Positions 17,451 through 25,885 of a stretch of DNA of 32,569 nucleotides are shown piece by piece. This DNA comes from Promethearchaeota archaeon (GTDB lineage Archaea; Asgardarchaeota; Thorarchaeia; Thorarchaeales; Thorarchaeaceae). How positions within the stretch are numbered: the stretch's first letter is position 1; each line of letters starts with the position of its first letter. Location: assembly GCA_048939905.1 (NCBI GenBank), contig JBHLPB010000003.1, forward strand, positions 1-32,569, given 5' to 3'. Under the pieces are notes generated by a model. The model was given only the letters and a program-made list of their open reading frames with translations, made no database searches and was not told where the DNA came from. Position numbers and translations under genes: made by a program.

Positions 17451-18818
17451 ATGGCATCCATGGTTGACCTGGTCGTAAAGAATGCACGACTTCTACTGGA
17501 ATCAGGATTAGCGAAGGGAGGAATTGGAGTTGAGCAGGGCCGCATATGCGCAATCGCGAGAGACGAGCATCTGCCCGACGCAGATACCGTAGTTGACGCC
17601 GAGGGCAACATCCTGATGCCTGGTCTCATCGATGGTCATGCTCACATTCACGACCCCACTATGCCGGACCACGAGGACTTCACAACCGGTTCTCGCGCTG
17701 CAGCTGCTGGAGGTGTCACGACTCTTATTGACATGCCCTTAACCAATCAGGTTGATACGCCCCAGGTTGTGGACGAGAAAATCAAACAGGGAGAGCAAAT
17801 GTCGATTGTTGATTTCTCGTTCTATGCAGGAATGCTAAGCTCAGAGAACTACCCGATGATACCGTCTATGGTCGAAAGGGGGATCGCGGCCTTCAAGGCT
17901 TTTACTTGCGAACCATATCCAGTACATGACGGAGTCCTGGTCCAAGCACTGAGTACGGTTTCCGAGTACGGCGGACATGTGACGGTGCACTCAGAGAATC
18001 AGGGTGTCTTAGATGAGTTCGGGAAGGAGATGGAGGGAGAATGGGACGCCCCCATCAGTCACTCCCTCGCAAGACCAAACCTTGCAGAACAACTCGCAAT
18101 CAGACAGATGGTCAGTATTGCAGAGCAGACTCAGGGACACTTGCATGTGGCACACGTCACCACGAGGGAAGGTATTGTTGAGGTTGAACGCGGAAAGCTG
18201 AGAGGTGTGATGACAACCACTGAAGTATGTCCACACCATCTTGTTTTCCAAAGGGATGACATGAATCGACTTGGCCCCAAGAGCAAGATGAACCCACCAC
18301 TCAGGGCCAAACAGGACAGGTCAGCTATGTGGTCAGCCCTGCTGAGAGGCACAATTGACATGACCGTGAGTGATCATGCGCCGTGTCCTTTGGAGAAGAA
18401 GGAAGCAGGTGCTGAAGATATCAGAGAGGCATGGTCAGGAGTCGACGGAATTCAAATGATTCTAAGAGTCCTTCTTTCAGAAGGAATCAACAAGGGTCGA
18501 CTGTCATTCACAAGACTCCTCAACGTAGCCTCGTGTAGTCCTGCCAAGGTATTTGGACTCTACCCTAGAAAGGGGGTACTTCAGGTTGGAGCCGACGCCG
18601 ACTTTGTCGTATTGGACCACACAAAGGAAGAGAAGATCAGCTCGGACATGATGTTCTCCAAGTGTGGATGGACACTCTACGAAGGTATGAATATGAAGGG
18701 AGTGCCTCTCAAGACTTACGTACGGGGCACGCTTGTTTTTGAAACTGACAGGACCACAGTGGAGCCAGGTCATGGAAGATTCCAATCTATGAGCGGCATG
18801 AAACCATTTGAGGACTGA
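17451..18818 (+). CDS. Cyclic amidohydrolase, allantoinase/dihydroorotase/hydantoinase family
   Basis: PGLIDGHAH, AAAAGGVTT-x-IDMPL, FKAF (carbamylated Lys), HSEN, HVAHVT, EVCPHHL, KMNPPLR, SDHAPC, GADAD. Confidence 0.92.
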   Translation: MASMVDLVVKNARLLLESGLAKGGIGVEQGRICAIARDEHLPDADTVVDAEGNILMPGLIDGHAHIHDPTMPDHEDFTTGSRAAAAGGVTTLIDMPLTNQVDTPQVVDEKIKQGEQMSIVDFSFYAGMLSSENYPMIPSMVERGIAAFKAFTCEPYPVHDGVLVQALSTVSEYGGHVTVHSENQGVLDEFGKEMEGEWDAPISHSLARPNLAEQLAIRQMVSIAEQTQGHLHVAHVTTREGIVEVERGKLRGVMTTTEVCPHHLVFQRDDMNRLGPKSKMNPPLRAKQDRSAMWSALLRGTIDMTVSDHAPCPLEKKEAGAEDIREAWSGVDGIQMILRVLLSEGINKGRLSFTRLLNVASCSPAKVFGLYPRKGVLQVGADADFVVLDHTKEEKISSDMMFSKCGWTLYEGMNMKGVPLKTYVRGTLVFETDRTTVEPGHGRFQSMSGMKPFED

Positions 18819-18821
18819 ACA

Positions 18822-19313
18822 ATGACAATACGAGAGTTCGTATTTGGAGACCCAGAGGTGTGCACTGGATGCATGATCTGTGTGAACGTGTGCAGCATGC
18901 ACTACTTCAAGGTGATAGGACCGGCATGGTCTCGTGCCAGAGTTGTGAGAGTAGAACCAGGGCTTGACTTCCCTCTGTTCTGTCGCAACTGCGAAGATGC
19001 GCCTTGCATTGACTCTTGTCCGGAAAAGGCTCTCAGCAGGACATCAAAGGGAGTCGTGATAGTGAACAACAAGAAGTGCAAGGGACATGGTGCCTGCATC
19101 GCTGCATGTCCATACAATGCAATCCATTTGAATCCGGACACTCAGAAGGCTATCAAGTGTATCCAGTGCGGCAGATGCGTAGAGCGGTGCCCAGTGAACG
19201 CAATCTGGACTACAACGGACGAAGAGCTCCAGAAGATGGATTCAGACGGAAGGCTTGCAGGGCACTATGAAAGAAACAAGGCCGAGATCTATGGCAAGGA
19301 GGGCTTCCGGTGA
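18822..19313 (+). CDS. 4Fe-4S dicluster electron-transfer subunit of AOR 2
   Basis: CTGCMICVNVC, CRNCEDAPCIDSCP, CKGHGACIAACP (His in place of one Cys), KCIQCGRCVERCP; GTGA overlap with AOR 2. Confidence 0.92.
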   Translation: MTIREFVFGDPEVCTGCMICVNVCSMHYFKVIGPAWSRARVVRVEPGLDFPLFCRNCEDAPCIDSCPEKALSRTSKGVVIVNNKKCKGHGACIAACPYNAIHLNPDTQKAIKCIQCGRCVERCPVNAIWTTTDEELQKMDSDGRLAGHYERNKAEIYGKEGFR

Positions 19314-21190
19314 TCAAAGGAATAGGTGGGAACATCATCTGGGTAGACCTAGCGAAGGGAGAGATAGAGAAGCGACCAGTCGAGGAAGAGATGGTCAGAC
19401 AGTATCTTCTTGGAGCTGGATACCTATCCAGGGTTATCTTCGACCTGGTCCCGGTAGGCACAGATCCTTTCTCACACAAAAACGTCCTCGGAATTGCGAC
19501 GGGGCTGCTCACAGCATCGATGTTTCCGCAGGCGTCGCGTCATGTCGTGGCGGCACTGTCTCCCCTCACGGATGTTTGGGGAGAGTCGCACGCGGCCGGA
19601 TTCTGGGGGCCAGAGTTGAAACTGGCAGGTTACGACGCGGTAGTATTCACTGGTGCCTCTTCAGACCCGGTGTATCTCAATATTGAGAACAGCAAGGTCG
19701 AACTCCTGGACGCAAGTGAGATTTGGGGAACATCCGTCTTTCATACAGACGACTGGATTAGAGAGAAACACGACCGACAGACCAGAGTGCTCTCAATTGG
19801 TCAGGCAGGAGAGAATCTTGTAAGATTCGCTGCAGTGATGAACGACAGAGACAGAGCGTCAGCAAGATCCGGACTCGGCGCAGTCATGGGGGCGAAGAAA
19901 CTGAAGGCAGTTTCCGTACGGGGAACTGGGAAAATAGAGGTTGCAGACCCGCAGAACTACCTGAAGCAAATGGACATATTCTATAAGCGCATGTTGGCCA
20001 ACCCTTTCACGGAGGAGAGAGCGAAGTACGGTACAACAAACCTGGTCGAACTCATGGATCACATAGGCAGGCTCCCCAGCTATAACATGAAACAGGGCGT
20101 CTTTGAGGGTTACGAGAAGATCAGTGGAGAAACCATTACCAGGGAGTATCTAGTGAAACCGCGCTCGGATTGGAGCTGCTTGCAGAGATGTGGCAGATAC
20201 ACGAGAGTGAAGGATGGCCCCTATAAGTACATAGGCGGGTCTCCCGAATTCGAGTCCCAGTCATCACTTGGTTCTCGTTGTGGGAATGATAACATAGAGT
20301 CCGTGCTCTATTCGCATCATCTCTCTAACCTATACGGCATGGATACTATCTCTCTTGGTGGCACAATCTCTTGGGCTATGGAGGCCTGGGACGAGGGACT
20401 CATCACAGCAGAAGACACTGGAGGAATAGACCTCTCTTGGGGCAACCACGAAACGGTGGTCAAGTTGACTGAGATGATCGCGCTGAGAGAAGGATTCGGA
20501 GATATCCTAGCCGAGGGAAGCGCTAGGGCTGCCGAGAAGATTGGGCGCGGCACTGACAGGTTCGTGATGACTGTGAAGAAGCAGGAAATGGCAGGCCAAG
20601 AACCCAGAGCGCAGAAGTCCATGGGTCTAGCAGCAGTGACAGCGGCACGGGGGGCAGATCACCTCTACTCATTTCCGGTCCTAGACGAGGCCGGATTTGA
20701 CGACGAGATAAAGGAGCGTTTCGGAGAACAGTATCTTCCTGAGATGGCTGACAGATTGAACCCGAAGTACAAGGGTATAATGGTGAAAGAATGCGAGGAC
20801 TTCATGGTAGTTGTCGAAAGCGTAGGACTATGCAAGTATGGTACGCAGATTCCTCCGGAGTTCTACTATGACGACGTTGCTCTTGCTCTTAAGATTCACA
20901 ATGGGCTTGAGTTCACAGTGGAGGAGCTGCAGGTGATTGGAGAGAGAATTGTAAACCTGAACCGTCTGTTCAATGTAGCACGTGGGGTGACTCGTAGAGA
21001 TGATCAGCTGCCTGACAGGCTCACAAAGGAGAAGGCCCCCAAGGGACCGCCCAAGGGCCAAGTTGTCGAACTTGACCAGATGCTTGACGAGTACTATCAA
21101 GTGAGAGGATGGGAGGTTGAAACGGGACTCCCTCTGAAAAGCACGCTTGAGCGACTGGGTTTATCGAAGGATGCTGAAGGAGTTGTCTAG
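19310..21190 (+). CDS. Tungsten-containing aldehyde:ferredoxin oxidoreductase family protein (AOR 2)
   Basis: 626 aa; SPLT...ESHAAG, RSGLGAVMGAKK, GRLPSYN, DWSCLQRC, SPEFE, YGMDTIS, RGADHL, VESVGLCKY, LDEYYQVRGW. Confidence 0.95.
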   Translation: MIKGIGGNIIWVDLAKGEIEKRPVEEEMVRQYLLGAGYLSRVIFDLVPVGTDPFSHKNVLGIATGLLTASMFPQASRHVVAALSPLTDVWGESHAAGFWGPELKLAGYDAVVFTGASSDPVYLNIENSKVELLDASEIWGTSVFHTDDWIREKHDRQTRVLSIGQAGENLVRFAAVMNDRDRASARSGLGAVMGAKKLKAVSVRGTGKIEVADPQNYLKQMDIFYKRMLANPFTEERAKYGTTNLVELMDHIGRLPSYNMKQGVFEGYEKISGETITREYLVKPRSDWSCLQRCGRYTRVKDGPYKYIGGSPEFESQSSLGSRCGNDNIESVLYSHHLSNLYGMDTISLGGTISWAMEAWDEGLITAEDTGGIDLSWGNHETVVKLTEMIALREGFGDILAEGSARAAEKIGRGTDRFVMTVKKQEMAGQEPRAQKSMGLAAVTAARGADHLYSFPVLDEAGFDDEIKERFGEQYLPEMADRLNPKYKGIMVKECEDFMVVVESVGLCKYGTQIPPEFYYDDVALALKIHNGLEFTVEELQVIGERIVNLNRLFNVARGVTRRDDQLPDRLTKEKAPKGPPKGQVVELDQMLDEYYQVRGWEVETGLPLKSTLERLGLSKDAEGVV

Positions 21191-21192
21191 AT

Positions 21193-21708
21193 ATGACAGA
21201 TGAAAGCACAGATTGGTTCCAAGTCAAAATGGACACCACAGTAGAGGATTACATCAAGACTGCAGGTGCCAAACTCGTGTCATTGATATGAGGGTTTGAG
21301 GAAACCTTAGGAAAAGACCGAGCTCATCAAATCGTATCCGATTGGGCGGAGCAGAATTCCATCAATGACGTTCGGAGCGTAATAGAGTCACTAGAGAAGC
21401 CTGTACAGGACTTCGAGGATGTCAAGGCACTTCTCAGACACTGGGTCAAAGAGCTTAATGACAACAACATCGAAACTGTTGAGACCGTGAAGGAAACTGC
21501 TGACAGATCATTCTGCCATGTGACTGAATGTGTTTGCGCAAAGGTGTACAGTGATCTTGGGGCTCCAGACATCGGACATCTGCTCCACTGCAAACATGAT
21601 TTTGCTGCTGCACCATCAATCCACCTCAAGGATGTACTAGATGGGACCAAGACTCTTATGGAGAAGCATGACTGCTGTGACTTCGAGTACTACCGGTCAA
21701 GCGACTAG
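21193..21708 (+). pseudogene. L-2-amino-thiazoline-4-carboxylate (ATC) hydrolase-like / V4R-like protein interrupted by an in-frame TGA
   Basis: ATG 21193: MTDESTDWFQVKMDTTVEDYIKTAGAKLVSLI*GFEETLGKDRAHQIV...VTECVCAKVYSDLGAPDIGHLLHCKHDF...TKTLMEKHDCCDFEY; TGA at 21289-21291, same frame continues to TAG 21708. Confidence 0.7.
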
Positions 21709-21748
21709 AAACAACGACTGCATGAAGCAGCCTACTTCTCAGCAGTGG

Positions 21749-21994
21749 TCACTCATATGCCGCGCAGACATTGGTTACAGTATCCTTGACGCCATCCACC
21801 TTCCTGAGGGAATCGACAACAAAGGAGCTGAGGGACTCAGGAGTCTTGAAGACGCCCTTGATGAGCAGGTCATAGGCACCATAGATGAGGTGAGCCTCCT
21901 CAACCTCATTCAGTTCTCGTACACTATTCAGCACATCACGTGCCTTTGACGACTCAACTTTAGCCATTATGAAAGCGGTAATCACGACATACAC
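21749..21994 (-). CDS. Stand-alone Lrp/AsnC ligand-binding (RAM) domain protein
   Basis: AFIMAKVE...EVEEAHLIYGAYDLLIK...LRKVDGVKDTVT; no HTH. Confidence 0.88.
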   Translation of the reverse strand: MYVVITAFIMAKVESSKARDVLNSVRELNEVEEAHLIYGAYDLLIKGVFKTPESLSSFVVDSLRKVDGVKDTVTNVCAAYE

Positions 21995-22133
21995 CAGCTG
22001 ACAAGCAAAGACTGCTCTAAACTATCTTTGAAGGGATAAAACTGTTCCTTCTCAGAACCGACCTGTCTCACTCATACGACTCTTGTCGTATCTCAGGAAC
22101 CGATTGTTTGCAGTGCGGCGAAATGAAATCGAA

Positions 22134-22174
22134 GTAGATAAATACCAGTAGAATTCAACTGCGTAGAAATCTAC
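22134..22174 (+). promoter_or_regulatory. Three tandem GTAGA-N2-TCTAC-like palindromes, probable PadR operator array
   Basis: GTAGATAAATAC (22134-45), GTAGAATTCAAC (22148-59), GTAGAAATCTAC (22163-74, perfect), directly upstream of the padR start. Confidence 0.6.
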
Positions 22175-22180
22175 CTAGTT

Positions 22181-22729
22181 GTGTCCTGGATGAGCAAGCA
22201 AATCAAACTGTTCCTTCCCACACCTGAAAAGCTCACTCCCATTCAACTTCTTGTCATGATTCAACTCCTCGGAACCTCAAAATACGGTTACGAGATTATC
22301 AGAAGCCTTCGAGAGGGCTTCAAAGGTTCATGGGAACCTAAGACTGGAACTGTATATCCGGCTCTTCGTGCCTTGGAGAAGAAGGGAATCATTGCAAAGA
22401 GCATGGTTTCTGAGAAGACGCACTACAGTCTAACAGTCAAAGGTAGAGGAATAATGCAAGAGATCAGTGACTACGTTGCTGATTATCTCTTGTTTAACTC
22501 AAGATTCATTGAATCCACTGTAGACAGCATGCCCCCGTCCTTCACTCAAGAAGTCTTCAGCAAGATCCACGAGGCCGGCATTGATGAGATTCTTCCAGAA
22601 GCAACGATTCTGGAAGCCATTCGACAACTTTCTGACAATGACTTGAAGAGAGCCTTTCTTGAGTTGCGAAAGGAAACGCTTCTGCGTAAGCTCGGGCTTG
22701 TGAGGAAGCAATTGAAAGATCTGGACTAA
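22181..22729 (+). CDS. PadR-family transcriptional regulator
   Basis: YGYEII...WEPKTGTVYPALRALEKKG...HYSLTVKG winged-HTH signature. Confidence 0.92.
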   Translation: MSWMSKQIKLFLPTPEKLTPIQLLVMIQLLGTSKYGYEIIRSLREGFKGSWEPKTGTVYPALRALEKKGIIAKSMVSEKTHYSLTVKGRGIMQEISDYVADYLLFNSRFIESTVDSMPPSFTQEVFSKIHEAGIDEILPEATILEAIRQLSDNDLKRAFLELRKETLLRKLGLVRKQLKDLD

Positions 22730-22741
22730 TGAGGTGATGAA

Positions 22742-24145
22742 ATGAAAGAGTATGATGTTGTAATCGTAGGCGCTGGTCCGGGCGGGTCTCTTGCAGCAAA
22801 GGAGGCTGCAGAGAAGGGTCTCAAGACCATCTTCTTCGAGCGCGGTAGAAAACCTGGAGAGAAGAACTCCTCCGGTTGTGGATTGGGACCTCGTCTGTGG
22901 AGGGAATTTGACTTCATGGAGGAGCTCAATCCCGAAACGTGTCCATCTATGAGACCTGGTGCTGCAGCTAGGAACTACTTTGTTAGTGCTGACGGCGAGG
23001 TAACTGGCTACATAATGACCAGACCGACTGAATCAGTGACCTATGAGCCTGCGAAGAGCTGGATCACAATGAACTGTTATCGAAGTGAGTTTGATCCTTG
23101 GCTTGCGCAGTTAGCTGTTGATGCTGGAGCAGAGCTGAAGACGTCAACACTTGTAACAGGCCTGCTGAAGGAAGATGGCAAGGTCACTGGGACTGTTGAC
23201 GAAAAGGGGGAGAAGTACAAGGGATTCGTCATAGGGGCAGATGGTGCTGTTTCGATGGTTGCCCAACAATCAGGTCTTCGGCAGAGATGGAGGCAGGAAC
23301 AGACAACACTGACACTCCAGTATGATTTCGAGTGTTCATCGTCTAAGATAGACGACATAATGGGTGATGAAGCTCTAGCTGTGTGGTGGTCTGCCACATT
23401 TCCCGCTGCGTATCAGGTGTTCTTCAATTCTAGTTTCCATATCGGGTTTGGAAACTGGATGACTTGGTGGGACAAGAACCCCGTTCACTATCTGAATAAG
23501 GTAATCAACCTGAAGTACTTCAAACGATTGATCAGGATTTTGGGTGCGAAACCTCGAGAGTTTCAGGCTCATCTTCTACCTTGGCAAGGAATGCCAGAGA
23601 ATACACACACTGACAATGTGATACTCATCGGTGATGCTGGAGGATTCCCGTGTCCACTTGAGGCAGAGGGGATCTATCCAGCCATGGTGACTGGAAGAGC
23701 TGCGATTGAAACCGTAGCTGAAGCAATATCCGCGGGTGACACTTCCAAGCAGTTTCTCTCTCTCTACGATGAGAAATGGATGGCGACCTCGGTTGGAGAC
23801 GACTTCAAGTCGGGCCCGGAACTGCAGAGCATCTGGATGGCACTTCCCTTCAGTCCAAGGAAATCAATGTCCTGGTTCGTACCATTGTTCATGGAAGTCT
23901 TAGGTGGAATCATTGACTGGTCCGAACCCCACCCCGTTAGAATACGACAAGTCGCGCGGAGAATCAAACAGTATCTCCCTCAATTAGTGCCGTTCATAGT
24001 GAAAGAGGTGATTCCACTCCTGACTTCGGTACTAGGTGAGGACAGAATGAATATGCTAATGGATCCTGAGAAACTACTTACTGAGATGCCAGAAATCGAA
24101 GAGGCCATAGCTATGGCCTTCATGACAGATGAGGAGGAGGAATGA
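22742..24145 (+). CDS. FAD-dependent oxidoreductase, FixC / geranylgeranyl reductase superfamily
   Basis: YDVVIVGAGPGG, ERGRKPGEKN, YRSEFDPWL, IGADG, LIGDAGG...EGIYPAMVTG; GAGGTGA RBS. Confidence 0.9.
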   Translation: MKEYDVVIVGAGPGGSLAAKEAAEKGLKTIFFERGRKPGEKNSSGCGLGPRLWREFDFMEELNPETCPSMRPGAAARNYFVSADGEVTGYIMTRPTESVTYEPAKSWITMNCYRSEFDPWLAQLAVDAGAELKTSTLVTGLLKEDGKVTGTVDEKGEKYKGFVIGADGAVSMVAQQSGLRQRWRQEQTTLTLQYDFECSSSKIDDIMGDEALAVWWSATFPAAYQVFFNSSFHIGFGNWMTWWDKNPVHYLNKVINLKYFKRLIRILGAKPREFQAHLLPWQGMPENTHTDNVILIGDAGGFPCPLEAEGIYPAMVTGRAAIETVAEAISAGDTSKQFLSLYDEKWMATSVGDDFKSGPELQSIWMALPFSPRKSMSWFVPLFMEVLGGIIDWSEPHPVRIRQVARRIKQYLPQLVPFIVKEVIPLLTSVLGEDRMNMLMDPEKLLTEMPEIEEAIAMAFMTDEEEE

Positions 24146-24420
24146 CGAGATTGAAGATAGACCACAAGAAGCTTGTGAAGAGAATTCCCGGTACTGGCGA
24201 CTTCATCAGCATAGACAACGACAAGTGTACTTTGTGCGACCGTTGCCTCATCATCTGTGTGATGAGCCTCTGGAAGAAACGCGATGACATAGTGTACATC
24301 GTAGACGACTATACCTCACAGTGTCTGGAGTGCGGAGCATGCCAGCAGGTATGTGAGAGTGATGCAATAGAATTCAGATTCCCTGCTGGAGGAACAGGAA
24401 TAGTCATCGAGCAGGGTTAA
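24142..24420 (+). CDS. Ferredoxin, FixX-like
   Basis: CTLCDRCLIIC and CLECGACQQVC...FRFPAGGTGI, the latter matching the FixX C-terminal pattern; ATGA overlap with the FixC-like gene. Confidence 0.85.
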   Translation: MTRLKIDHKKLVKRIPGTGDFISIDNDKCTLCDRCLIICVMSLWKKRDDIVYIVDDYTSQCLECGACQQVCESDAIEFRFPAGGTGIVIEQG

Positions 24421-24427
24421 CAATGAC

Positions 24428-25885
24428 ATGACAAGGAAGCGGGTAACAAGAATGATTCCAGCGGTAACCAAGATTGTTGGAGAGGATAGAGTCACCAGCA
24501 AATCAGAGATACTGGAGGACTACTCAGGACTCAATTCGCCTGCACTGGTTGTCTGGCCAAAGTCAACTGATGAAGTTGCCAAGATCGTAGAATGGGCGAA
24601 TTCAAACTCAGTGGCACTTGTTCCTGTTAGCTCTGGAGGGCCTCGACGCCGAGGCTCATCTACGCCCAAGGTAGACAACGCCGTGATTGTTGACCTTAGT
24701 AGAATGAACAAGATAATTCGAGTTGACACAAAGAACAAGGTCGCGATGTTTGAGCCTGGAGTCACATTTGAGCAGCTTATTCCGGAGCTCAAGAAGAAGG
24801 GACTACGACCACTGATGCCTCTCCTTCCTAAAGCATCAAAATCTGTTCTGGCAAGCTGCCTTGACAGAGAGCCAACCACAATCCCGCGATTTCATTGGGA
24901 TATTTCCGACCCACTCCTGTGCACTGAAACCGTGTTTGGGTCTGGTGAAACATTGAGGACTGGCTCTGCTGCAGGACCTGGCACAATAGAGGAACAGTGG
25001 GCCTCAGGGCAAGCGCAGAAGAATCCTCAGGGACCCTCCCAGTTTGACCCATTCAGGATAATCCAGGGTTCACAAGGAACCATTGGCATTACCACGTGGA
25101 TTTCGATGAAGTGTGAACTTCTGCCAGACGTGCATGAGATCTATCTCACAGGAGTGGAAGAACTTGGTCAGCTCGAGGCATTCAATTACGCTCTGCTAAA
25201 GCGACGGCTAGTAGATGAACACTTTCTGCTAAACTCTGTATCATTATCTGCAGCCCTTGGCTCCAAGAGGAAGACTCCCAACTGGGTCTTGGTTCTGGGT
25301 GTTTCTGGACACGGAATTCTCGCTCAGGAGGAACTCGAATATCGAACTGAAGACACTATGGACATTGCAGAAGAGATGAACTTGAAATTGACAAGGTCAC
25401 TTGGTGATATCAAAGCTGACGAAGTGAAATCTCTTCTTAACAGGTCTAGTAGCGCATCCTACTGGAAGTACTCTCCACGAGGCAGTTGCAGTGAAGTCTT
25501 CTTCACAACAACTCTGGACCAAGTTGCAGAAATGCACTCAGCCTTCTTAGAGGTGGCAGATGAAGTTGGCGTTCCTAAAGAACAGATTGGTGTCTATGTC
25601 CAACCTGTGGTCCAAGGAGTGAATACACACTGTGCCTTTGATATTCATTATGACCCAGACAGCGGCGAAGAAGTCGAATCAGTGAGTGCCCTCCTGGACA
25701 AGGGGCAACACAGGTTATTGGATGAAGGAGCGTTCTTCAGCAGACCCCACGGCATCATCACTGACCTGGTGTTCGAGAAGACCACGCCTGAAATGGTTGA
25801 AGCAATTCAGAGTGTCAAGAAGATCTTTGACCCCAAGAATGTGCTGAATCCTGGAACTCTCTGCTTCAAGGAGGTGCCGAAATGA
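24428..25885 (+). CDS. FAD-binding oxidoreductase, VAO/PCMH (GlcD-like) family, subunit 1
   Basis: VVWPKSTDEV, VDLSRMNKI, FEPGVTF, GSQGTIGI, KKIFDPKNVLNPG. Confidence 0.88.
   Translation: MTRKRVTRMIPAVTKIVGEDRVTSKSEILEDYSGLNSPALVVWPKSTDEVAKIVEWANSNSVALVPVSSGGPRRRGSSTPKVDNAVIVDLSRMNKIIRVDTKNKVAMFEPGVTFEQLIPELKKKGLRPLMPLLPKASKSVLASCLDREPTTIPRFHWDISDPLLCTETVFGSGETLRTGSAAGPGTIEEQWASGQAQKNPQGPSQFDPFRIIQGSQGTIGITTWISMKCELLPDVHEIYLTGVEELGQLEAFNYALLKRRLVDEHFLLNSVSLSAALGSKRKTPNWVLVLGVSGHGILAQEELEYRTEDTMDIAEEMNLKLTRSLGDIKADEVKSLLNRSSSASYWKYSPRGSCSEVFFTTTLDQVAEMHSAFLEVADEVGVPKEQIGVYVQPVVQGVNTHCAFDIHYDPDSGEEVESVSALLDKGQHRLLDEGAFFSRPHGIITDLVFEKTTPEMVEAIQSVKKIFDPKNVLNPGTLCFKEVPK

Noticed and set aside
13753-18818. 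Calling the flavoprotein pyrD and the hydrolase pyrC or allB
   Set aside because: The catalytic Cys motif is absent, no pyrB/E/F/K genes are nearby, and the hydrolase motifs do not discriminate between subfamilies by eye.
21709-21748. Possible SECIS after the TGA-containing gene (ATGA present)
   Set aside because: Only a 4-bp CTGC/GCAG stem is visible; no convincing long helix with a matching GA pair.
21327-21949. Track ORFs 21327-21650(-) and 21641-21949(+)
   Set aside because: Antisense shadows of the ATC-hydrolase-like and Lrp/AsnC genes with no recognisable motifs.
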